Shown one piece after another: positions 19,229-29,456 of a stretch of 64,000 nt of DNA; position 1 is the first letter of the stretch; each line of letters starts with the position of its first letter. Below the pieces are notes generated by a model. The model had not been told where the DNA came from and did not search any database. It saw only the letters and a program-made list of their open reading frames with translations. The position numbers and the translations under genes were made by a program. Source of the stretch: Solirubrobacteraceae bacterium (GTDB lineage: Bacteria; Actinomycetota; Thermoleophilia; Solirubrobacterales; Solirubrobacteraceae). The stretch is from assembly GCA_050252545.1 (NCBI GenBank), contig JBFWKS010000001.1:3932-67931 (forward strand). The letters run 5' to 3'.

Positions 19229-19452
19229 ACCCCCACGGTACCAGCAGAGGCCGTGTGGTACTCGCCGAATTCAGGCGCTTCCCCCGATCGGTGGGATCGG
19301 CGCACATGTCCGCGGTGGTTCGGGAGTACAGGGCGCCATCAACCGGCACTGCTGGGAGAGATATGAGACCAGCCGGATGGGGTATGAGGCGCCCCAGACG
19401 GAGTACTGCAGAGCGCAGAATAGTACGGCCGGGGCCAGCCGGTAGACGAGAA

Positions 19453-19468
19453 TCTCCCGTCCGGGGTA
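19453..19468. promoter_or_regulatory. Candidate regulator site A (TCWCCCG-N2-CGGGWGA family) upstream of Mce operon
   Basis: TCTCCCG-TC-CGGGGTA; similar to sites at 42428, 48514 and 51713. Confidence 0.45.
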
Positions 19469-19472
19469 TGGC

Positions 19473-19489
19473 GTGGACAAGCCGTCCAC
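19473..19489. promoter_or_regulatory. Perfect 17-bp inverted repeat, candidate PucR-family site
   Basis: GTGGAC-AAGCC-GTCCAC. Confidence 0.5.
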
Positions 19490-19632
19490 TGGGAGCCTGA
19501 CCGTGGTTCAGGGGGGAGACCCGGCCGAGGTCACGGAGCGGGCGACGCGTGCGTCGTTCCGACGAGTGCTCGCCGGACCGCGGTCGGTCCCCCTGCGGAA
19601 CACCAACGATGTTGCGAACGGCGGACACGACC

Positions 19633-20115
19633 ATGGAGCACCAGCCACCCCCCGGACGACCGAGCCGCGACGACGCGGACTCGGTGGCGATGGTGCGTGA
19701 GCGCGCCGATGTCGGCCATGCTGCGGGTGCGTGGCGGCGGGTTCTGGAGTTGTGGGACAAGGCGGCCGAGGATGAGGCCGCCCGTCGGTTGCTCGGGCGT
19801 GTCGGTCGTACGGTTCGGTTGTCGTCGTCGGATCTGCAGGACGCGTCGATCGTGATCCGTCTGCAGGGCGATATCGAGCTGATCGAGGATCGTGCGGAGC
19901 CTGCTGACATCGAGCTGACGATGGGCACCGCGGATCTGGAGCGTCATGCTGACGGGACGTTGCGTGTCGCGATGGCGATCGCCGCGGGGCGGGCGACGTT
20001 CACCGGGCCGGTTCGCGAGTTCCTGCGGGTGATCCCGATCGTCCACGCGATCGCCAATCCGCCGGTGGCCGTGGGGACCAACACCGACTTCGACGTCCAG
20101 GACGGGGAGTTCTGA
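19633..20115 (+). CDS. SCP2 sterol-carrier-like lipid-binding protein
   Basis: ADIELTMGTADLERHADGTLRVAMAIAAGRATFTGPVREFL aligns by eye to the SCP2 core of the 45390-45791 protein; TGATG coupling to the ATPase. Confidence 0.65.
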   Translation: MEHQPPPGRPSRDDADSVAMVRERADVGHAAGAWRRVLELWDKAAEDEAARRLLGRVGRTVRLSSSDLQDASIVIRLQGDIELIEDRAEPADIELTMGTADLERHADGTLRVAMAIAAGRATFTGPVREFLRVIPIVHAIANPPVAVGTNTDFDVQDGEF

Positions 20116-20990
20116 TGAGCACCACCACCTCTGCCGGCGCCGCCGATCCCGCGACCGCTGCGCTGTTGGACAAGGCCGCCGATTACGACCATCACGAGGG
20201 CGGCATGGTCGTGCCGCAGCGTGATCCGGGCGATTTCTGGTCGATCGAGTGCGTCGATCTGTACAAGTCGTTCGGGTCCAACCGGGTGATGAACGGCCTG
20301 AACGTCGGCATCCCGGAGGGGATGATCACGGTCATCCTCGGCCCGTCGGGCACCGGCAAGTCGGTCTTGCTGAGCCACCTGATCGGGTTGATGTTCCCCG
20401 ATCAGGGCGACATCCTCGTGCACGGCCAGTCGGTGCCGGACATGACGATGAAGCAGCTGCTGGAGATGCGGCGCAAGTTCGGGATCCTGTTCCAGGACGG
20501 CGCGCTCTTCGGATCGATGTCGGTGTACGACAACGTCGCGTTCCCGTTGCGCCAGCACACCGACTTCGACGAGAAGCAGATCCGCGACATCGTGATGGGC
20601 CGCCTCAGCGAGGTCGGCCTCGCGGGTGGGGCGGAGCTGCGGATGCCGGCCGAGTTGTCCGGCGGGATGAAGAAGCGTGCCGGGTTCGCGCGGGCGCTGG
20701 TCCTCGATCCGCAGATCGTCATGTTCGACGAGCCCGACTCGGGTCTGGACCCGGTCCGCACCGCGCTGCTCTGCCAGCTGATCGAGAAGGTGCACTCCGA
20801 GAACGGCGGCACCTACGTCGTCATCACCCACGACATCGCGTCCGCCCGACGGATCGGCGAGTACATCGCCGTGCTGTGGAAGGGCCGGATCGTGCAGTCC
20901 GGTGACCGCGACGACATGTTCGACTCCCCCAACCCCTTCGTCCGCCAGTTCCTGGCCGGCCGCCCCGGCGGCCCGCTCGGGATGGAGTGA
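20115..20990 (+). CDS. mceG: Mce/Mla-type ABC transporter ATPase
   Basis: Walker A GPSGTGKS, LFQDGALF, LSGGMKKR, FDEPDSGLDP, ITHD. Confidence 0.9.
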   Translation: MSTTTSAGAADPATAALLDKAADYDHHEGGMVVPQRDPGDFWSIECVDLYKSFGSNRVMNGLNVGIPEGMITVILGPSGTGKSVLLSHLIGLMFPDQGDILVHGQSVPDMTMKQLLEMRRKFGILFQDGALFGSMSVYDNVAFPLRQHTDFDEKQIRDIVMGRLSEVGLAGGAELRMPAELSGGMKKRAGFARALVLDPQIVMFDEPDSGLDPVRTALLCQLIEKVHSENGGTYVVITHDIASARRIGEYIAVLWKGRIVQSGDRDDMFDSPNPFVRQFLAGRPGGPLGME

Positions 20991-21011
20991 CCCGACCCCG
21001 GGATCGAGCAC

Positions 21012-21884
21012 ATGGCGACCACCACACAACCCGCGACAGGACGCGTCGGTCCGTCCGGTCAGCCGACCGGGCCGGTCGACGGGCCCCCACCAGGCCGCAA
21101 GAGCGCCGGTCCGCTGGCACTGCTCGAGCAGATCGCGGACATGCTCATCCTCGCGTGGCGGACGCTCATCGCGGTCTTCACGCCGCCGTACTCCTGGCGC
21201 GACGAGTTCATCGAGGAGACCTGGATCATCATCCGGCGGTGCGCGATCCCGCTGATGATCTCGGCGACCGCGTTCGGCTTCGGGGCGCCGGGCCTGCAGG
21301 GCGGCAACCTCGTCGGCCTGCTCGGCACCATCGACCGGCTCGGCTCGTTCTTCGTCATGGCGTCGGTGCGGGAGTTCGCCCCGTGGATCACCGGCATGGT
21401 CGTGGCCGGCATCGGCGGCACCGCGGTGTGCGCCGACCTGGGCGCCCGCAAGGTCCGCCAAGAGCTCGACGCGATGATCACCCTGGGCCTCGACCCGGTG
21501 CGCACGATCGTCGCCCCCCGGTTCCTGGCGCTGGGCATCGTCACCGCCGCGATGAACCTGATCGCGATCATCATGGGCGTCGTCGGCGGCTGGCTCGCCG
21601 CGGTCGTCGTCTTCGGCGAGACGAGCGCCGGCTACTTCAGCACCTTCACCTCGAACTTCACCGTCCCGGACCTCCTGGGCAGCGTGCTCAAGACGACGCT
21701 GTTCGGCTTCATCGTCGCCGTCGTCTGTTGCTACAAGGGCATGCACACCAAGGGCGGTGCCGAGGGCGTCGGCCGGGCCGTCAACCAGGCGGTCGTCATC
21801 TCGTTCGTCGCCATCTGGGCGTTCAACTACGTGTTCACCACGACGTTGCTGGCCGCCTTTCCCGAGACGGGGAGCCTGCGATGA
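21012..21884 (+). CDS. yrbEA: YrbE/MlaE permease A
   Basis: VREFAPWITG, CADLGARKVRQELDAM, GGAEGVGRAVNQAVV. Confidence 0.9.
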   Translation: MATTTQPATGRVGPSGQPTGPVDGPPPGRKSAGPLALLEQIADMLILAWRTLIAVFTPPYSWRDEFIEETWIIIRRCAIPLMISATAFGFGAPGLQGGNLVGLLGTIDRLGSFFVMASVREFAPWITGMVVAGIGGTAVCADLGARKVRQELDAMITLGLDPVRTIVAPRFLALGIVTAAMNLIAIIMGVVGGWLAAVVVFGETSAGYFSTFTSNFTVPDLLGSVLKTTLFGFIVAVVCCYKGMHTKGGAEGVGRAVNQAVVISFVAIWAFNYVFTTTLLAAFPETGSLR

Positions 21885-22735
21885 GCACCGAGGCACCTCC
21901 CGGCTCCCGCCGGCCCCTGCGGCCGTCCGCCGGTCAGACCCTCGCCGAGGGCCTCGTCGGCCCGGTCCGCGGCACCCTGCGCGAGCTCGGAGAGATGACC
22001 CGGTTCTCGGGCCGCGCGGTCGTCGAGATCCCCGGGTCGTTCCGCTACACCGCGGAGATCCTGCGCCAGGCCGGTCTGTTGATCACCGGTTCGGCGATCG
22101 TCATCTGGGGCATGCAGTTCGTGATGGGCATGCAGTGCGCCACCGAGGCGAACTACGTGCTCCGCGGCTACGGCGCGTCCGCCTACTCCGGGGTGTTCAC
22201 CGCGCTGTGCGGCGCCCGCGAGATGGGCCCGTACATGTGGGGCTACATCGTCGCGGCCAAGATCGGCTGCGGCCTCGTCGCCGAGCTCGGATCGATGCGG
22301 ATCAACAACGAGTTCGACGCGATGGAGTCGGTCGGCATCAACCCGATGCGGTACGTCGTCGCCACGCGTCTCGTCGCCGCCTGGCTCGCCTTCCCGCTCC
22401 TCTACCTCGTCGGTCTGGCCTTCCACACGCTGGCGGACTTCTTCGTGATCGTCACCCAGATCAAGGAGGTCTCGCGTGGCGGGTTCGAGACGATCCACTG
22501 GCAGTTCGTGGGCCTGATGGACATCATCTATTCCGAGATCAAGATCATGGCCATGGGGACGCTCATCGTCCTGGTCGCCATGTACTACGGGTTCACCGCG
22601 CGCGGCGGACCGTCCGGAGTGGGCACCGCCACCGCCAAGTCGATGGTCCTCAACCTCGTCGTCGTCCACGTCGTCGGGTCCCTCCTGACGATGGTCTTCT
22701 GGGGCCTCGATCCCAGCTTCCCGGTCGGAGGGTGA
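21881..22735 (+). CDS. yrbEB: YrbE/MlaE permease B
   Basis: AKIGCGLVAELGSMRINNEFDAMES, GGPSGVGTAT. Confidence 0.9.
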   Translation: MSTEAPPGSRRPLRPSAGQTLAEGLVGPVRGTLRELGEMTRFSGRAVVEIPGSFRYTAEILRQAGLLITGSAIVIWGMQFVMGMQCATEANYVLRGYGASAYSGVFTALCGAREMGPYMWGYIVAAKIGCGLVAELGSMRINNEFDAMESVGINPMRYVVATRLVAAWLAFPLLYLVGLAFHTLADFFVIVTQIKEVSRGGFETIHWQFVGLMDIIYSEIKIMAMGTLIVLVAMYYGFTARGGPSGVGTATAKSMVLNLVVVHVVGSLLTMVFWGLDPSFPVGG

Positions 22736-22740
22736 CCCTG

Positions 22741-24045
22741 ATGCGTTCGATTCTGCGGCGGCCCTGGCCCGTCATCATCGTCGTGGGCATCGCGTTCCTC
22801 GGCTGGAAGGCGCTCAGCGATCGCCAACAGGAGTACGAGGTCCAGGCGGCGTTCGACTCCGCGGTGAACCTCACCACCGGCCTCGACGTCCAGATGCGTG
22901 GCGTCGACGTCGGAAAGGTCGCCGGGGTCCGGTACGAGGACGGCAAGGCGATCGTCTCGATCGGGGTCTCCGACGACCGTGTGTTCCCGCTCCGCAGGGG
23001 AACGAAGGCGACGATCCGATACGGCACGACCGTCGGCATCGGTACGCGCTACGTCGAGCTCCTCCCCGGACCGAAGGACGCACCGTCGATCCCCGACGGC
23101 GGCACCATCGCGTCGAAGGACGTCACGACCCCCGTCGAGCTCGACGAGGTGTTCAACACCCTCAACCCGGAGACGCGGGAGCGGCTCACGTCGCTCGTCG
23201 GCAACTCCGCTGACGTCACCGCCGGCCGGTCGAAGGAGCTCAACCGTGGCCTGCGGACGCTGCCGGGTGGGGTGCGGACCACCGGTGACGTCATGGGCGA
23301 CCTGCTCGCCGACGAACAGGCGATCCGTGCGCTCGTCGTCAACGGTGAGCGGGTCTCCCGAACGCTGGTGAGCCGCACCGGCGCGATCAGCGAGACGATC
23401 ACGGCCGCGCGACGGACGCTCGACGCGTTCGGCAACAGCGCCGACGGGGTCCGCGCCTCGATCGACGGCTTGGCCCCGACGTTCCGCCAGGCGCGCTCGA
23501 CCCTGCGTCGCGCCGACGGCAGCCTCGAGAAGGTCCGCACCCTCATCCGTGCCGTCGAACCCGGGGCCAAGCGGATCCCGGCGCTCGCCCGCGCGGCGCG
23601 CCCGGCGCTCGTGCGGCTGCAGCAGGTCACGCCCGTGGCGCTCGCCACGCTGCGGACGACCCGTGACGGCGCGCCGGCGGTGACGGAGCTCCTCGACAAG
23701 GGCCGCACCACGCTCCCGGCCGCGGGCACCGCGATGAAGACCGCGAACCCGATGCTCGCCTGCGTCCGGGCGTACGTCCCCGAGATCGCCGGGATGCTCG
23801 GCACCTGGGGCGGGGCGACGAAGAACTACGACGACCGGGGCCACTTCGGGCGGATCTTCGTGCGCGAGGGCGTCACCTCCCTGAACGGGCTGATCCCCGA
23901 CGCGGCGCTCCCGACCCTCCTCGGCCACAAGTTCGCGATGCCCCGACCGCCCGGACTCAACGCCGGAGCGGTGCACTACCCCGAGGAGTGTGAGGTGTCC
24001 GCGGACGCGCTCGACCCGACCAAGGACGTGGAGGCGGTCCGGTGA
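22741..24045 (+). CDS. MCE/MlaD family protein 1
   Basis: N-terminal TM, LTTGLDVQMRGVDVGKV, GTRYVELLPG, long helical region. Confidence 0.9.
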   Translation: MRSILRRPWPVIIVVGIAFLGWKALSDRQQEYEVQAAFDSAVNLTTGLDVQMRGVDVGKVAGVRYEDGKAIVSIGVSDDRVFPLRRGTKATIRYGTTVGIGTRYVELLPGPKDAPSIPDGGTIASKDVTTPVELDEVFNTLNPETRERLTSLVGNSADVTAGRSKELNRGLRTLPGGVRTTGDVMGDLLADEQAIRALVVNGERVSRTLVSRTGAISETITAARRTLDAFGNSADGVRASIDGLAPTFRQARSTLRRADGSLEKVRTLIRAVEPGAKRIPALARAARPALVRLQQVTPVALATLRTTRDGAPAVTELLDKGRTTLPAAGTAMKTANPMLACVRAYVPEIAGMLGTWGGATKNYDDRGHFGRIFVREGVTSLNGLIPDAALPTLLGHKFAMPRPPGLNAGAVHYPEECEVSADALDPTKDVEAVR

Positions 24046-25475
24046 ATCCGAAGATCCTCAGCACCGCGCTCGCGGCGGTCGTCGCGATCGTCGGCGTGAT
24101 CCTCCTCACCAGCGGTGGGGACGACGACGCTTACCAGGTCCGGATCGTCTTCGACGACGCCGGAGGCCTCGTCGAGAACGGCGACGTGAAGATCGGCGGC
24201 GTCGTCGCCGGGCGGATCATGAAGCTGCAGGTCACCGACGACGACCTGGGTGAGGCGATCGTCGAGCTCAAGGAGAACGCCGCCCCGATCGGACGCGGCG
24301 CCCGGGCCCGGGTCCGTCCCGTGAACCTCCTCGGCGAGAAGTACGTCGACCTCGACGCCGGTGACGTCCGCTCGCCGGAGCCGTCCGGGGTCGTCATCCC
24401 GCCCGGGCGGACCTCGGCGCCGGTCGAGCTCGACGACGCGATCAACATCCTCGATCCGGACAGTCGGGCGCGCCTTCGGATCCTCATCAACGAGACCGGC
24501 ATCGCTCTCGGCGGCAAGGGGACCGACCTCAACGCGACCCTCGCCCGTCTGCCCCGCGCCCTCGACGAGGCCGAGGAGCTCGTGAAATCGATCTCCGACA
24601 CGGGAAAGATCGACCGGCTCATCACCGACGGTGACCGCGTGCTCGCGGCCTTCAACGACGGACGCGACGACCTGACCGGCATGGTCGACTCGGCGGCGCG
24701 GACGCTCGCGGTCACCGCGCGCCTGCGGCAAGACCTGGGCCGGACCCTCGACGCCGCACCCGCCACCCTGACGCAGCTGCGCTCGACGCTCGTGAAGCTC
24801 GCGGGCACGGCGACGCGCCTGGAGCCCGCCGCCGTCGAGCTCCGTCGCACCGCGGGACCCCTCGCCGCGACGCTCAAGTCGGTCCCCGGCTTCCGGAGCG
24901 CGGCGGCGCCGACTCTGTCGCAGGTCCGGACGGTGTCGCCGAACCTCTCGCGCCTGGCGCGAGAGGCCTCGCCCACGATCCGGCGCCTGCAACCGCTCTC
25001 CGACGATCTCGTCACGTTCTCCCGGGCGCTCGATCCGGTGACGCGCATCCTCGACGTCCAGACCAACCCGCTGCTGCGCGTGATGGAGGGCTGGGCCCGC
25101 ACGATCCAGATGCGGGACGGTCTCGGGCACCTCTTCCGGACCGAGGTCACCGTCGACGAGGAGCTCCTCACGACGCTGCTCGTGCAGCTCCAGCCGGCGC
25201 CGACCGCGAACAAGCGCTCCCGCTCGGACGCGGACGACAAGCCGAGCGTCGCGGCCCGGAAGACGCCCCGATCGACGACTCGACGGCTGACGCCGGGCCC
25301 GGATCCGGCGCCGACCGCGACCGCGCGGACCCCGGACGACCGGTCGTCGTCCACGTCGACGGGGACGCCGCCCCCGGATCCCGCCGCGACGACCGGGGTG
25401 CCGTTGCTCGACGGCGCGGTCGGCGCGGTCGGCGGGGCCCTGACCGACCTCCTCGACTCCCTCCAAGGCCGATGA
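24042..25475 (+). CDS. MCE/MlaD family protein 2
   Basis: GLVENGDVKIGGVVAGRI, LLGEKYVDL; Pro/Thr-rich C-terminal tail. Confidence 0.9.
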   Translation: MNPKILSTALAAVVAIVGVILLTSGGDDDAYQVRIVFDDAGGLVENGDVKIGGVVAGRIMKLQVTDDDLGEAIVELKENAAPIGRGARARVRPVNLLGEKYVDLDAGDVRSPEPSGVVIPPGRTSAPVELDDAINILDPDSRARLRILINETGIALGGKGTDLNATLARLPRALDEAEELVKSISDTGKIDRLITDGDRVLAAFNDGRDDLTGMVDSAARTLAVTARLRQDLGRTLDAAPATLTQLRSTLVKLAGTATRLEPAAVELRRTAGPLAATLKSVPGFRSAAAPTLSQVRTVSPNLSRLAREASPTIRRLQPLSDDLVTFSRALDPVTRILDVQTNPLLRVMEGWARTIQMRDGLGHLFRTEVTVDEELLTTLLVQLQPAPTANKRSRSDADDKPSVAARKTPRSTTRRLTPGPDPAPTATARTPDDRSSSTSTGTPPPDPAATTGVPLLDGAVGAVGGALTDLLDSLQGR

Positions 25476-26770
25476 CCTCCCGACGCCGCTCCCGCCGTTT
25501 CTCCCGCGCGGCCAGCGCGACCCTGCCGCGGCCGGTGCTCTGGCTGCTGGGCCTGGGCGCCCTCGCCGCGGTCGCCGCCATGGCCTGGGTCGGGTTCAAC
25601 GCCCCGAACTCGATCCCGGGACGGAGCTACTACACCGTCCAGGCGGAGTTCGAGGACGCCAACAACCTGACCGGCCACTACGAGGTCCGCATCGCCGGCC
25701 GGCGCGTCGGCCAGGTGCTGAACCCGCGGGTGGTGGACGGCAAGGCCGTCGTCGACCTCCAACTCGAGCCCGACGTCGCCCCACTGCGGTCCGACACCAA
25801 GCTCCGGGTCCGTCCGCGCAGTGCGATCGGCGTCCGGTTCGTCGACGTCAGCCCGGGCGTGAAGGGGCGCCCGCTCGAGGAGGGCGACACGATCGCCGCG
25901 GCGAACACGTCGACCGTCGTCGAGCTCGACGAGGTCCTGGGCACGCTGGACGCACGCCGCCGGGTCGACGCCCGTACCGTCGTCCAGGAGCTCGGCACGG
26001 GCTTCGCCGGACGGGGCGAGGAGCTCAACGAGATGCTCGACGGCACCCCGACCGCCCTCGACCGGGTGGCTCGCGTCGCCGGCGAGATCAACGCTCGGGT
26101 CGGAGCGATGAGCGGGCTCATCGAGGGACTGGCCGGAACGCTCGGCGCGATCGATCCGGCGCGCGACGAGTACGTCAACGCGTTCGACTCGACCTCCCGG
26201 GGTCTGCGCCCGTTCGCGGAGAGCGAGCAGGACCTCGGGGCATCGCTCGACCGGGCCCCGGCCGCGCTGAGCGTCGCCCGGGCCGGCCTGCGCGACGCCG
26301 ACCCGTTGCTCGACGAGCTGTCCGGCATGGGTCGGGAGCTCGTTCCGGCGCTGCGGCCGGCGCCCGCCGGCCTGCGCCAGGCGGATGCGCTGCTCCGCGA
26401 ATCCCGTGACGGCCTCCGCGCCGCCCGCACGACGCTCCGGCAAGCGGACGACGCGATCCCGGTCACGCTCGACCTGCTGAAGCGCCTCGATCCGGTCATC
26501 CCGACGACGAGCGAGGCGCTGAAGGAATCGCTGCCGACGCTGGGCGAGGTCGGACCGCGCGGGTGCGACATCGCGCTATTCACGAAGAACTGGAGCTCGA
26601 TGCTCGGCCCCGCCGCCGCCGGCGGTGACCCGCGACTCGGCGGCGTGAGCAGCCTGCGTCTGCTCCTCATCGCGTCGCTCGAGAGCGTGATGGGGACCAC
26701 CCAACGGCTCCCGACCGTGATGTCGAACCCGTATCCCAAGCCCTGCACGGTGACGGAGGATCGTCGATGA
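25472..26770 (+). CDS. MCE/MlaD family protein 3
   Basis: LTGHYEVRIAGRRVGQV, IGVRFVDVSPG. Confidence 0.9.
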   Translation: MTSRRRSRRFSRAASATLPRPVLWLLGLGALAAVAAMAWVGFNAPNSIPGRSYYTVQAEFEDANNLTGHYEVRIAGRRVGQVLNPRVVDGKAVVDLQLEPDVAPLRSDTKLRVRPRSAIGVRFVDVSPGVKGRPLEEGDTIAAANTSTVVELDEVLGTLDARRRVDARTVVQELGTGFAGRGEELNEMLDGTPTALDRVARVAGEINARVGAMSGLIEGLAGTLGAIDPARDEYVNAFDSTSRGLRPFAESEQDLGASLDRAPAALSVARAGLRDADPLLDELSGMGRELVPALRPAPAGLRQADALLRESRDGLRAARTTLRQADDAIPVTLDLLKRLDPVIPTTSEALKESLPTLGEVGPRGCDIALFTKNWSSMLGPAAAGGDPRLGGVSSLRLLLIASLESVMGTTQRLPTVMSNPYPKPCTVTEDRR

Positions 26771-28191
26771 AGCTCTCCGAGCGATTCCAGCACCGGCCCG
26801 GCCGCGCCCGGCCGCGCCCTGTCCGCGTCGGCCTCATCGCCCTGGCGGTCCTGGGCGTCGTGCTCTACATGGGCTACACGAGCACCAACCCGCTCTCGGG
26901 CGGCAAGGGTGATCTGATCCGGGCCGAGTTCCGCGACGCGACGCACCTGCGCGCGAACACCGACGTCCGCGTCGCGGGGGTCAACGTCGGCAAGGTCGAG
27001 GAGGTCGAGCTCTCCGACGACACCAGCCGCGCCGTCGTGAAGCTGCGGATGAACTCCGACTCCGGCGTCACCCTCCATCGCGACGCCCGGGCCGCCGTCT
27101 GGTGGCGCACGCTCCTCGGCCGCAACACCTACGTCGAGATCGAGCCGGGTTCGCCATCGGCCGGCGAGCTGGGCGAGGGCACCATCCCTCTGGGACGCAC
27201 GACCGTCCAGGAGGAGCTCGACGCCGTCGTCTCGGCGCTCCCGCCCGAGCAGCGTCAGGCGACGCGCCAGATCATCGGCGGCTTCGACGAGGGCTTCTCT
27301 GACACCGCCGGCGGACGGCGGACCATCGACGCGCTCGACGGGGCGGGGCCGTCGCTCGCCCGTGGCCTCCGCGGACTCCGCGGCACCGAGGCCGGCGACC
27401 TGCCCAAGCTCGTCCGCGAGATGTCGAAGACCCTGGGCATCTTCGGTCGCAACGTCGTCGAGCTCGCGGGCTTCATCGACAACGGCCGGATCGCGCTCGG
27501 CACCATGAGCGCGAACTCCCCCGCCATCTCGCGCCTCGTCCGTGAGGCTCCGGCCGCCCTCGCCGACACGCGCCTCACGCTCACCCGGGTCGAGAAGACC
27601 CTCGACGACCTGGATCCGTTGGCCGTCAAGCTCGTGCCCGGCGCACGGAAGCTCGACCCGGCCGCCCGTGCCGCGACGCCGATGCTCCGGCGCCTCGACA
27701 CCGTTCTGAAGGACGCGACCCCGACGCTCCGCGATCTGCGCCCCGCCGTTCGGCGCCTGGCCGCGATGGCCCCGACGGGCAGGAAGGTCCTCACCGACCT
27801 GGACCCGACGATCGCCCGTCTGAACGACGAGCTGCTGCCGTGGCTCGACGAAGGTGACCCGGAGACGAAGATGCGCAACTACCAGGCGATCGGACCGTTC
27901 TTCAGCGCGACCAACTCGATGGGCTCCCCGTTCGACGCGAACGGCAACGTCCTCAACTTCCAGACGTTCGTCGACGAACGGTCCCTCCTCACCCTGGGCT
28001 GCATCACCCGCCTGACCGACCCGACCGCGACGATCACCCAGAAGCTCGACTGCCGTGGCCTCGAGGCGATCGTCCGGCGCATGTTGTCCGGTCAGGCCCC
28101 TCCCGGTGCCGGCGAGTTCGACCCCGCGCTCGACGAGGACGTCGGTGACCGCTCGCGTGCCGCGGGCCTGGCCCGGAAGGGAGCCCGCTGA
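26767..28191 (+). CDS. MCE/MlaD family protein 4
   Basis: LRANTDVRVAGVNVGKV, LLGRNTYVEIEPG. Confidence 0.9.
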   Translation: MKLSERFQHRPGRARPRPVRVGLIALAVLGVVLYMGYTSTNPLSGGKGDLIRAEFRDATHLRANTDVRVAGVNVGKVEEVELSDDTSRAVVKLRMNSDSGVTLHRDARAAVWWRTLLGRNTYVEIEPGSPSAGELGEGTIPLGRTTVQEELDAVVSALPPEQRQATRQIIGGFDEGFSDTAGGRRTIDALDGAGPSLARGLRGLRGTEAGDLPKLVREMSKTLGIFGRNVVELAGFIDNGRIALGTMSANSPAISRLVREAPAALADTRLTLTRVEKTLDDLDPLAVKLVPGARKLDPAARAATPMLRRLDTVLKDATPTLRDLRPAVRRLAAMAPTGRKVLTDLDPTIARLNDELLPWLDEGDPETKMRNYQAIGPFFSATNSMGSPFDANGNVLNFQTFVDERSLLTLGCITRLTDPTATITQKLDCRGLEAIVRRMLSGQAPPGAGEFDPALDEDVGDRSRAAGLARKGAR

Positions 28192-29456
28192 TGCGGTTCA
28201 ACCGAGATCGCCTCGCGCTCGAGGTCCAGCGGGCACGTGGACCGTTCCTGCTCTACATCCTCCTCGTGGCACTGGGAATCGTCGCGATGTGGTACCTCAC
28301 ACGCAACCTCGTCATCCAGTGGCCCTGGCAGGACACGAAGACGGCGAGGATCGTCGTCGACGACGCCAAGGGCATCGTGCCCGGCCAGCAGGATGTCCGG
28401 ATCGCGGGCGTCAAGGTCGGCCTGATCGAAGACGTCGAGACCGACGGCAAGGGTGCCGTCGTCACCCTGTCGCTGGAGGACAAGGCCGGGCCGATCTACA
28501 AGAACGCCCGGATGCGGATCCGGCCGGTCACACCGCTGCAGGACATGTACGTCGCGATCGAGAACCGCGGCACGCCCGAGGCGGGCGAGCTCGACGAGGA
28601 GACCGTGCTTCCCGCGGGGCGCACCGAGACTCCGACCGACGTCTCGCGTGTCCTCAACGTCATGGACGCCGATTCCCGTCAGCGGGTCCAGGCGCTGCTC
28701 AGCGGGCTGTCGGAGGGTCTGCCCGACGGTGGCGAGCGGCTGCGGAGCGCGTTCGCGGCGGTCGGACCGTTCGTCGAGCAGGCCACCGAGCTCACCGACG
28801 CGATGGGTCGACGCCGATCGCAGCTCGCGCGCCTGGTGCACAACGGCAGCCGACTCGCGGCCGCGATCAACACCCGCGACCGGCAGCTCGCCCAACTCAT
28901 GCAGGCCGGCAACGCGACGATGGCGGAGTTGGCGCAGCACAACGCCAACCTCGGATCGACGCTCGCTCAGCTCCCCGACACGCTCGCCGTGATGCGGAGC
29001 TCGTTCGCGCGGCTGCGCAAGTCGGAGGACCAGATCGACCCGGCTCTCCGGGCCCTCATCCCGGTCGCGGACAACCTCGAGGACGGCCTCGAGGGCCTGC
29101 GTCGGGTGAGCGGTGACGCGATGCCCGCGCTCGCGGCCGTGCGGACGCCGGTCAAGCAGCTGCGCCCGCTCGCCGGCGACCTCGAGACGACCTCCGATCG
29201 CCTCGACACCGCGCTCGGCGAGCTCGCACCGCAGGTGCCGCGGCTCGACCGGGCCACGAAGAAGGTCCTGCCCTGTCGATTCGCGACGGCCAAGTTCTTC
29301 CAGTGGACCCCGTCGGTCCTGAAGTACTACGACTCCGCCGGAGCCTACCCACGCGGTGAGATGGTCTACGGGACCGACGTCGTGCCCGGGCCCGGCAACA
29401 CGGATCCCGCGCTGTTCCGGCCGTGGACCTGCACCCAGAAGGAGGGACGGCCGTGA
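28191..29456 (+). CDS. MCE/MlaD family protein 5
   Basis: IVPGQQDVRIAGVKVGLI, PLQDMYVAI. Confidence 0.9.
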   Translation: MRFNRDRLALEVQRARGPFLLYILLVALGIVAMWYLTRNLVIQWPWQDTKTARIVVDDAKGIVPGQQDVRIAGVKVGLIEDVETDGKGAVVTLSLEDKAGPIYKNARMRIRPVTPLQDMYVAIENRGTPEAGELDEETVLPAGRTETPTDVSRVLNVMDADSRQRVQALLSGLSEGLPDGGERLRSAFAAVGPFVEQATELTDAMGRRRSQLARLVHNGSRLAAAINTRDRQLAQLMQAGNATMAELAQHNANLGSTLAQLPDTLAVMRSSFARLRKSEDQIDPALRALIPVADNLEDGLEGLRRVSGDAMPALAAVRTPVKQLRPLAGDLETTSDRLDTALGELAPQVPRLDRATKKVLPCRFATAKFFQWTPSVLKYYDSAGAYPRGEMVYGTDVVPGPGNTDPALFRPWTCTQKEGRP

